From Thermoproteus tenax Kra 1 (lineage in GTDB: Archaea; Thermoproteota; Thermoprotei; Thermoproteales; Thermoproteaceae): a DNA stretch of 32,000 bases. Position numbers and translations under genes: made by a program. Of this stretch, positions 24,701 to 32,000 are shown in pieces (the stretch's first letter is position 1; each line of letters opens with the position of its first letter). The notes beneath the pieces are model-generated. The model was not told where the DNA came from. It searched no databases and worked only from the letters and a program-made list of their open reading frames with translations. Location of the stretch: contig NC_016070.1 in assembly GCF_000253055.1 (NCBI RefSeq), positions 720,001-752,000 on the forward strand, written 5' to 3'.

Positions 24701-27646
24701 ATGACGCCCTCAGCATATGATCCTTTAAAGATAGAGGAGGAGGTAAGGGCGTTCTGGGACGAGAGGGAGATACCTAAAAAGTGGCGCGCGTTTGATCAGA
24801 AAGCTGAGAGGAGGTTCACATTTCTAGAGGGCCCGCCGACTACGAACGGCTTCCCTCACGTGGGACACATCAGGGGTAGAACCTACAAGGATGTAGTATT
24901 AAGGTTCTGGAGATCTCGTGGCTTCTCGGTCTGGGCCCAGGGAGGTTGGGACATGCAAGGGCTTCCCGTAGAGCTCGAAGTAGAGCAGAGGCAAGGGCTA
25001 AAGAGCAAGAAGGATATAGAGAAGTTCGGCGTAGATAAATTCGTCCAAGAATGTAATAAATTGGACGACTACTACTTACAATTCTGGGAGGAATGGGGCA
25101 CTAAACGGCTCGGCCTCTGGTTAGACCTAGAAAACGCCTATCAGACCAGAAAACCTCAGTACATAGAGTATGCCTGGCGTCTACTTAAGAGGGCTCACGA
25201 GAAGGGGCTCCTGGCCGAGGACTATAGGGTGCTCTGGTTCTGTCCCAGGTGTGAGACCTCGTTGAGCGACCACGAGGTCGATCTAGGCTACGCCGAGAGG
25301 GAGGATCCATCTATATATGTAAAGTTTAGAGTTGAAGGCGAGGAGGATGAGTACTTGGTGATCTGGACTACTACGCCTTGGACTATAGTAGATAATGAGG
25401 CCGTGGCGGTGGCTCCCGACGTGGCCTATGCCAAAGTAGAGGTTTCCTGGGAGGGAAGAAGGGAGAGGTGGTGGATGGCCGAGAAGCTTGTGCCCCAGCT
25501 AATGCAGATGTTCGGCATTAGGGAGTGGAGGGTTCTGGAGATCAAGAATGGAAAAGAGTTGGCAGGCTTGCGCTACATCCATCCTCTCGCCGAGGAGGTG
25601 CCTGAGAGGGCGACCAGACAGCACCAAGTCTATCCAGCAGATTTCGTAACGTTGGAGCAAGGGACGGGTCTCGTGCATGTGGCTCCCGGCCATGGTCCCG
25701 AGGACTTTGAGCTGGCTCTGAAGTACGGCATAAGAGTAACTAACAGCGTTGAGATAAACGGCATTTACAACCAGCTCGGCGGGAAGTACGCAGGGATGTA
25801 TGTATTCGATGTAGATAAAAAGGTTATCGAGGACCTTAAGGCCAAAGGCCTGTTGGTCTATAAGTCGTCAATAAGGCACGAGTATCCGCATTGTTGGAGG
25901 TGCGGCACCAAGCTCATTTTGAGGGCCGATAGACAGTGGTTCATCAGAATATCTGTGTTAAGGGAAAGGATGTACGACGAGCTGAAAAAGGTCAAAATAT
26001 ATCCGGAGAAGCTCAGATACAGATTCGACGACTTCGTTAGGAATGCGCGAGATTGGAACATTAGCAGGAGCAGATTCTGGGGTACCCCGCTACCTATATG
26101 GCGTTGTAAGAAGGACGGGAGGATACTAGTGATTGGAAGTATAGAGGAGCTAAAGAGATTGGCCAAGGAGCTTCCTCCAGTCGATGACTTCTGGCTAGTA
26201 CATCGTCCTTGGATAGATCAAGTGAAGCTCTCGACGCCCGACTGCGATGAGTGGATCAGAGAGCCCTACGTGGCCGACGTCTGGATGGACTCAGGAATAG
26301 CGTGGATCGCGGCCGTGGACGGCGAGAGGAACCCAGAGCTCTGGAGCGCGCTCTATCCGTTTAGTTGGGTCACAGAAGCGATAGATCAGACTAGAGGGTG
26401 GTTCTATAGCCTTTTGGCAACGTCCATGGTATACCTCGGCAGAGCGCCCTATAAGTCTATACTTATCAGCGGCCACATACTGGACAAACAAGGCCAGAAG
26501 ATGTCTAAGAGCAAGGGGAACGTAGTGTGGGCCAAGGACTTATTGAGTAAATATGGCGCCGATCCAACTAGGCTTTACCTGCTTACCAAGGCAGCCCCAT
26601 GGGAGGCGCTGAACTTTGACCCAGACGAGATAAAATATGCGCTGAGCCAGTTGAACATATTATGGAATGTTGTTAAATTCGCCGATACATACATGCAGCT
26701 CGACGGCTTCAATGCACAGAAACATACTCTGCCCACAATGATCCACAAGGCGCTGGACGAGGACAGATGGCTATTGTCGGAGACCAATTTGCTGATACAA
26801 AGAGTAGCCAAACACATGGAGAACTTCGAGATACACGAGGCCGCGAAGGCCTGGGTCGATTTCATAGTGGAGACGCTCAGCCACCGCTACATAAGGTTGC
26901 TCAGAAGGAGGGTATGGACCGAGGAGCCGCGCGAGGACAAATACGCTGCATACGCGGTTCTGTTTCATGCGCTGAGATCGGCGTTAATAATAGGGGGGAT
27001 CTTTGTGCCTCATGTGGCCGAGTATTTGTGGCAACACTTCATTAGGAAGTACGATCAAAATGCCGCCGAGTCAGTCCATTTGGCACAGTATCCGGAGCCG
27101 GGCGAGGTGGACGAGGAGTTAGTCAAGTCGTTCGACGAGCTCTTCACGGTATTCTCGATAGCAGCCGAGGCCAGAAACAAGGCTGGAATAAAGCTGAGGT
27201 GGCCCATCTCAAGGCTCATAGTCAAAGGCGCTCAGATGGCTCTGAAACACGCAGATCTGTTGGCCTATCTGGCCAACGCGAAGGTCGTCGAGGAGGGCGA
27301 GTGCTCTGCCGACTGGATCGTCCATGAAGAGAGAGGCATAACTGTATGTATACCCAGAAAGTTGGACAGCGAGTTGTTCTACGAGGCACTGGCGAGGGAA
27401 TTAGTGAGACGAGTCCAAGTGATGAGGAAGGAGGCAGGGCTATCTATTGAGGACTTTATAGAACTATATATAGAGACTGAGGCCCAAGATCTCAGGGATG
27501 CAGTCAAACACTTCGGCCAATATATTGCCAACGAGGTGAGGGCAACAAGACTAGAGCTAGGCGTGGGCCCCTCTGGTCTCTATAGCAGGGAGTGGACTAT
27601 CGAGGATATGAGAGTCAAGATATATCTGAAGAAGGCGACTAGATAG
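24701..27646 (+). CDS. ileS: Isoleucyl-tRNA synthetase
   Basis: 981 aa; FLEGPPTTNGFPHVGHIRGRTYKDVVLRFW, GWDMQGLPVELEVE, KMSKSKGN, CFWDE-like zinc motifs CPRCETSLSDHEV and HCWRCGTKL. Confidence 0.93.
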   Translation: MTPSAYDPLKIEEEVRAFWDEREIPKKWRAFDQKAERRFTFLEGPPTTNGFPHVGHIRGRTYKDVVLRFWRSRGFSVWAQGGWDMQGLPVELEVEQRQGLKSKKDIEKFGVDKFVQECNKLDDYYLQFWEEWGTKRLGLWLDLENAYQTRKPQYIEYAWRLLKRAHEKGLLAEDYRVLWFCPRCETSLSDHEVDLGYAEREDPSIYVKFRVEGEEDEYLVIWTTTPWTIVDNEAVAVAPDVAYAKVEVSWEGRRERWWMAEKLVPQLMQMFGIREWRVLEIKNGKELAGLRYIHPLAEEVPERATRQHQVYPADFVTLEQGTGLVHVAPGHGPEDFELALKYGIRVTNSVEINGIYNQLGGKYAGMYVFDVDKKVIEDLKAKGLLVYKSSIRHEYPHCWRCGTKLILRADRQWFIRISVLRERMYDELKKVKIYPEKLRYRFDDFVRNARDWNISRSRFWGTPLPIWRCKKDGRILVIGSIEELKRLAKELPPVDDFWLVHRPWIDQVKLSTPDCDEWIREPYVADVWMDSGIAWIAAVDGERNPELWSALYPFSWVTEAIDQTRGWFYSLLATSMVYLGRAPYKSILISGHILDKQGQKMSKSKGNVVWAKDLLSKYGADPTRLYLLTKAAPWEALNFDPDEIKYALSQLNILWNVVKFADTYMQLDGFNAQKHTLPTMIHKALDEDRWLLSETNLLIQRVAKHMENFEIHEAAKAWVDFIVETLSHRYIRLLRRRVWTEEPREDKYAAYAVLFHALRSALIIGGIFVPHVAEYLWQHFIRKYDQNAAESVHLAQYPEPGEVDEELVKSFDELFTVFSIAAEARNKAGIKLRWPISRLIVKGAQMALKHADLLAYLANAKVVEEGECSADWIVHEERGITVCIPRKLDSELFYEALARELVRRVQVMRKEAGLSIEDFIELYIETEAQDLRDAVKHFGQYIANEVRATRLELGVGPSGLYSREWTIEDMRVKIYLKKATR

Positions 27647-28003
27647 CTATTTATAGAGTCTTAGGTATCCAGTTACGGAGTCTATCAATTGATCCGGCCC
27701 AGGCCCTATACATAGGGCCGTCGCAGTGCCGGGCTCCAGTTCTGTGAGACCGGCATCCCGTATAAGCTCAACGGGCAGGCCCAGTGCTTGGGCCTTGCCC
27801 CTTAATTTCTCCAGCTCCTCTAAGCTCTGAGCCGCCAAGACCACCTTCTTCTGTCCCTCTTGTAGCCACTGATCTAGCCAATCTCTCCACTTCGATGAGT
27901 TCAGTGCCTTGAGCGTGCACTCGACCGCCGCATGGCCCGCTTGTGCTGCTGCCTTCCCACAAGACATAGATATGTCATTTCTCAGCACTATCACCATCTT
28001 CAT
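27647..28003 (-). CDS. pth2: Peptidyl-tRNA hydrolase, Pth2 family
   Basis: 118 aa; MVIVLRNDISMSCGKAAAQAGHAAVECTLKA, LPVELIRDAGLTELEPGTATALCIGPG. Confidence 0.9.
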   Translation of the reverse strand: MKMVIVLRNDISMSCGKAAAQAGHAAVECTLKALNSSKWRDWLDQWLQEGQKKVVLAAQSLEELEKLRGKAQALGLPVELIRDAGLTELEPGTATALCIGPGPDQLIDSVTGYLRLYK

Positions 28004-28425
28004 CTCGCCCTGATTAATAGCCTTTCGATAAAAGAGTTGGCCTTAATGAGGACCCGCCTCATCTCATCGCGGGAGAGGCGGAGAAGCGCATCGGCGTAAT
28101 CCAGCCAAGCGTAATCGTCGTGCTCGCTCGAGAGAATTACCTCTCCGCCGGCCGCCTTAGCCAAATACATAACGATCTCCTTGTATATCGTTCTACCGCC
28201 CCTGGAGAAGCGCAGGAAGACGTTCTCGCGGAACCCTGGCACAAACTCTACCTTTAGATGAGTCTCCTCGTAGATCTCCCTCAGAGCGGCCGCCTCCTCT
28301 GTCTCGTTCTGTCTAATGAGGCCGTGGGGGAAATCCCAACCCAACCTGTTGTGGAGAACCAAATACAGAGGCCTCTCCTCAATTAAATATATGACAGCTC
28401 CGGCAGCTCTCTGAGCAGAGCTCAC
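28000..28425 (-). CDS. NUDIX hydrolase
   Basis: 141 aa; Nudix box GLIRQNETEEAAALREIYEETHLKV. ATGA overlap with pth2. Confidence 0.85.
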   Translation of the reverse strand: MSSAQRAAGAVIYLIEERPLYLVLHNRLGWDFPHGLIRQNETEEAAALREIYEETHLKVEFVPGFRENVFLRFSRGGRTIYKEIVMYLAKAAGGEVILSSEHDDYAWLDYADALLRLSRDEMRRVLIKANSFIERLLIRAR

Positions 28426-28471
28426 AAGAACGTTCTATTTCCTTTTTTTAAAACTTATATCTTGCGGGAGA

Positions 28472-28822
28472 CTACAAGGTCATTATAGCATAGATAACCA
28501 ACGGAACGATTATTATAATCAGAGCCGCCGTCATCCAGTTCACGTACCTCATGCCTCTATTGCTCTTAACAAGGTCGGAGAGAAACCTTCTGAGGCCCAA
28601 AACGCCGTGCGTGCTCCACGCAGCAGCTATAGTGGCCTCCAATATCTTCAGCGTCGGGTTAACCATGGCAACGCCCTCTGGATATACTGTGATGGGGTTC
28701 GAGGTGAGGACTTCCTTGAGCGGTACATACATAGGCAGTAGAACTAGGAACACAACCCCTATCATTATAACAACATAGAGGGCGAGGGCCAAGAATATCA
28801 GCCTGATTAATCCCTCGCTCAT
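28472..28822 (-). CDS. sdhD: Succinate dehydrogenase membrane anchor subunit
   Basis: 116 aa hydrophobic; third of three TM segments contains TWSTHGVLGLRRFLSDLVKSNRGMRYVNW; position in the sdh operon with a 4-nt overlap. Confidence 0.65.
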   Translation of the reverse strand: MSEGLIRLIFLALALYVVIMIGVVFLVLLPMYVPLKEVLTSNPITVYPEGVAMVNPTLKILEATIAAAWSTHGVLGLRRFLSDLVKSNRGMRYVNWMTAALIIIIVPLVIYAIMTL

Positions 28823-29301
28823 GGCCTAAACACGCCTCCGAATGCCACAAGATATGGCAGATATATCAAAGCTATTACCGCCGCTGCTATCATCAGTGCG
28901 TTATAAATAAGGTGGCTCCTAGACCTCCTCAGCGCGGGCACGTTTCTTATGGGATGTCTCAGAGGCCATCCTCTGATGATGCCGAACTCTATGAATATTA
29001 TACGGATCCCGTTGAGCCCGTGGAAGGCTAGGAAGACCAGAAACAGGGCAGCCAAAATCTTACCTGGGACAGTCATATCGAACTGAGATACCAGCGCTGG
29101 GCTTACAAAGGCATCAAATAATACTCTATATAAAATCAAATAGAAGAACATATAAAGTCCACTAATCCTCTGGATAGTAAAATACAACCTTTCATAGTTT
29201 ATTACTCTGAACCATTCCCCAACGCCCATGCCGGATCTCATATTAGCAACATTCTCCAACGAATATACGTGTGGATTTCGCCTACTGTTGTGATCGCTCA
29301 T
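28819..29301 (-). CDS. sdhC: Succinate dehydrogenase cytochrome b subunit
   Basis: 160 aa; YFTIQRISGLYMFFYLILYRVLF, FLVFLAFHGLNGIRIIFIEFG, both heme-ligand-type segments. Confidence 0.8.
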   Translation of the reverse strand: MSDHNSRRNPHVYSLENVANMRSGMGVGEWFRVINYERLYFTIQRISGLYMFFYLILYRVLFDAFVSPALVSQFDMTVPGKILAALFLVFLAFHGLNGIRIIFIEFGIIRGWPLRHPIRNVPALRRSRSHLIYNALMIAAAVIALIYLPYLVAFGGVFRP

Positions 29302-30011
29302 AGCCTTTTAGCTCTCCTGAGTATTGCAGACTTCACCAGTTGTATAGCGAAGCCGGGATCAACGCCGCGGGGACACACTGCCGAACATGTGTACGCCAGG
29401 TGGCAGGACCACACGCCATCGTTCGTGTCAACAATCTTGGCGCGTTCAGCCCAGCCCCTATCCCTACTATCGGCGCTCCACCTATAGGTTGCCGCCAAAG
29501 CCATGGGCCCCAAAAATCTGGGATTCGTAGCGACTACAGGACAGGCCGACATACAAAGGCCACACTCTATACAATAGGCGAAGTTGTAATATTTGTCCAG
29601 CTCCTCCGGCCTCTGGCCGAACTCTTTGTCAGACTCGAAGAGCTCCTTTGTGTCGCGGACTATATACGGCTTTATCTGTCTCAGCTTCTCGAAGTTAGGC
29701 TCGGTGTCGACGACTAGATCCTTTATAACTCTATGGTTCCACATGGGCTCCACTGTGATTACATCGTCCTTTATTTCCGTCAACAGAGTCTGACAAGCCA
29801 GCCTGGGCACTCCGTTTATCACCATGCCACAAGATCCACATATAGCCATACGACATGAGTATCTTACAGCGAGGGTAGGATCAACTTCCTCCTTTATTTT
29901 CAACAACACGTCTAACACAGAGATCTTCCTCGACTTTATATCGACCTTATATTCCTGCCACCAACTCCTCTCGCCGTTGAAGCGTTTAACTTTGACGGTG
30001 AGCGTGGGCAT
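29298..30011 (-). CDS. sdhB: Succinate dehydrogenase iron-sulfur subunit
   Basis: 237 aa; CRMAICGSCGMVINGVPRLAC, CIECGLCMSACPV, CHLAYTCSAVCPRGVDP. Confidence 0.92.
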   Translation of the reverse strand: MPTLTVKVKRFNGERSWWQEYKVDIKSRKISVLDVLLKIKEEVDPTLAVRYSCRMAICGSCGMVINGVPRLACQTLLTEIKDDVITVEPMWNHRVIKDLVVDTEPNFEKLRQIKPYIVRDTKELFESDKEFGQRPEELDKYYNFAYCIECGLCMSACPVVATNPRFLGPMALAATYRWSADSRDRGWAERAKIVDTNDGVWSCHLAYTCSAVCPRGVDPGFAIQLVKSAILRRAKRL

Positions 30012-30013
30012 GG

Positions 30014-31762
30014 TTAATACTTCCTTTCCTCCAACTTAGTCCATTTGGTTATTCTCACAGGCGCATACGTCAGCCTTATCTGGCCGCCATCTAGATATGC
30101 GATGGTGTGCTTAAGCCAGTTGGCATCATCGCGTTTAGGATAGTCCAAACGATAATGGGCCCCCCTTGACTCTTGTCTTGACAACGCTCCATAGGCTATG
30201 GCCAACGCTACCTCGATCATACCATCGAGCTCCAACGCATCTTTAAGGTTCTGGTTATAGACTCTGCTTCTGTCCTCAATCCTGACTTTGGCTATATCCT
30301 CTTTGATCTTAAGCAACTTCGGGATACCCTCCTTCATGACCGATTCGTGTCTGAAGGGCCCGAAGTGCTGCTCCATGGTGTCTTGGAGACGCCCTTTCAA
30401 CTCATAGACCGATATGCCCCCTGTCTCCGTATGGAGCAGCCTGTCGAATATTCTGGACTCCTCAGATTGAGCCACCTCCTTGTAATGTCCGTCAAGAGCA
30501 GGCGAGGGCTTCTCCAGGGCGTACTTAGCCGCGGCCTCGCCGGTCAGTCTTCCCCAGACCGAGCATTCGCTGAGCGAGTTGGAGCCGAGTCTGTTCGCGC
30601 CGTGGACGCTTATAGCCGCGGCCTCGCCCGCTACCCAGAGGCCTCTAACCCACTGGCCGTCCGCCGTCAGCGCACGCCCATATGTATCAGCGTTTATGCC
30701 TCCCATAGTATAGTGGACGGCCGGTCTAACGGGTATAAGCTCAGTAAGGGGATCTATTCCAACGTACTTGTGGGCCAGCTCTCTTATGAACGGTATCTTT
30801 TGATTTAACACGTCCTCGCCCAAATGTCTTAGATCAAGCCCGACGTAGCCCATGCCGCTCTCTTCGTGCACAAAGCCGCGTCCCTCGGCTATCTCTGTCA
30901 ATATAGCTCTCGACACTATATCCCGGGGCGCCAGCTCCATCTTCTGCGGCGCGTACCGCTTCATGAACCTCTCGCCCTCCTTGTTGACGAGGTAGCCCCC
31001 CTCGCCTCTGGCTGCCTCGCTCACGAGTATACCGCTGGGAACTAGAGCGGTCGGATGCCACTGGACGAACTCCATGTCTTTTAGCGCCAGGCCCGCTCTT
31101 AGGGCATACCCCAACATCTCCCCAGTAGTCGAGTGGGCCGTCGTAGTGAACCTATACAGTCTGCCCGCCCCCCCAGTTGCTATTATGGCGGCCTTTGCCA
31201 AAAAGAGCCTGAGCTCCCCGGTCTTCAGATCTATAGCTGTAGCGCCCTTAAATTCATTATTTTCAATTATTAATTTTGTTACAAAATGCTCATGATATTG
31301 TTTAATATTACTAAATCTTAATATATTTTGATATAAGGTTGACATGATAAAAAATCCAGTTTTGTCGGCCGCAAATGTAGTTCGGGGTATCGACATCCCT
31401 CCGAAGGCTCTTTGGTACATCCGTCCATCGGGCAGACGGCTCCAAGGCACTCCGATCCGCTCAAGGAATCTGACCTCAGAGGGGGCCGATTGAACTAACA
31501 GCTCAACGGCATCCTGGTCTGCTAGAAAGTCGGCGCCCTTTATGGTATCGTAGGCGTGAAGCTCTAGGCTGTCCCCAGTCTTATCGGGATACAGGACGGC
31601 CGACATACCGCCCTCGGCAGAGACGGAGTGGGACCTCATCACTTGGACCTTGCTTATGATCGCTATATCGAGATTGCCTCCGACATACGCCGCCTGTAGA
31701 GCAGCTCTGAGGCCCGCAATACCTGAGCCTATGATCAGCAGATCGTGCCTTAAAATCTCCAT
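30014..31762 (-). CDS. sdhA: Succinate dehydrogenase flavoprotein subunit
   Basis: 582 aa; [86 protein letters not shown]. Confidence 0.93.
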   Translation of the reverse strand: MEILRHDLLIIGSGIAGLRAALQAAYVGGNLDIAIISKVQVMRSHSVSAEGGMSAVLYPDKTGDSLELHAYDTIKGADFLADQDAVELLVQSAPSEVRFLERIGVPWSRLPDGRMYQRAFGGMSIPRTTFAADKTGFFIMSTLYQNILRFSNIKQYHEHFVTKLIIENNEFKGATAIDLKTGELRLFLAKAAIIATGGAGRLYRFTTTAHSTTGEMLGYALRAGLALKDMEFVQWHPTALVPSGILVSEAARGEGGYLVNKEGERFMKRYAPQKMELAPRDIVSRAILTEIAEGRGFVHEESGMGYVGLDLRHLGEDVLNQKIPFIRELAHKYVGIDPLTELIPVRPAVHYTMGGINADTYGRALTADGQWVRGLWVAGEAAAISVHGANRLGSNSLSECSVWGRLTGEAAAKYALEKPSPALDGHYKEVAQSEESRIFDRLLHTETGGISVYELKGRLQDTMEQHFGPFRHESVMKEGIPKLLKIKEDIAKVRIEDRSRVYNQNLKDALELDGMIEVALAIAYGALSRQESRGAHYRLDYPKRDDANWLKHTIAYLDGGQIRLTYAPVRITKWTKLEERKY

Positions 31763-31855
31763 GACAGATAATCGATGTCATTATATATAATTATTCTACG
31801 GCGAGCGCTACAAGCAATCTTCTGTAAATTTTTAAAGAAATATCACGACTAATCC

Positions 31856-32000
31856 GTGAGCCCGGAGGTTCTAAAGGTCTCAGTCTCAGAGAGGAGCGGC
31901 GCAGATACATGTACGGGCCAAAAGATAGCGCGATGCTGTCTTGGAAACATATGTATAGATGCGCCCGTGGACTCGAACGTAAAATCCGGCGCATATAGCG
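31856..32000 (+). CDS. Partial hypothetical CDS running off the right edge (GTG start)
   Basis: Manual frame from GTG 31856 is open to the window end: VSPEVLKVSVSERSGADTCTGQKIARCCLGNICIDAPVDSNVKSGAYS. Too short to assign. Confidence 0.35.
   Translation, partial: MSPEVLKVSVSERSGADTCTGQKIARCCLGNICIDAPVDSNVKSGAYS

Noticed and set aside
27630-27660. Zero-gap convergent ends of ileS and pth2
   Set aside because: Compact convergent stops are common in archaeal genomes; not notable on its own.
28551-31295. Multiple + strand ORFs over the sdh operon
   Set aside because: Antisense to strongly supported SdhA-D frames.

Overview
This looks like a chromosomal segment from a hyperthermophilic crenarchaeon, probably Thermoproteales. 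That is inferred from short intergenic spacers, ATGA-type gene overlaps, archaeal gene families and BHB-type tRNA introns; no search was run. Most of the window is ordinary housekeeping and metabolic DNA: partial archaeal D-aminoacyl-tRNA deacylase, Zn-alcohol dehydrogenase, DUF1152, M20 peptidase, DUF790/Bax1-like nuclease, MYG1/DHH-like protein, MBL-fold hydrolase, MscS channel, aminotransferase, GH57, Lhr-type helicase, tungstate/molybdate ABC transporter, ThiD-ThiN, IleRS, Pth2, NUDIX and succinate dehydrogenase. Three tRNAs are present: Val(TAC) with an intron, Trp(CCA) with no intron and an encoded CCA, and Glu(TTC) with an apparent 16-nt D-arm intron. I found no clear defence system and no CRISPR array. 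The best leads are: (1) an AT-rich ~3.3 kb island (M20 peptidase / DUF3311 / SSS symporter) bracketed by an imperfect direct repeat that matches the 3' end of a pilin-like gene; (2) a three-copy dispersed repeat, two copies of which share a perfect 106-bp inverted core, each preceded by a GC-rich hairpin reminiscent of TnpB-element ends; (3) a ~79-80% GC non-coding stretch upstream of one repeat copy; (4) a ~17% GC patch inside sdhA.
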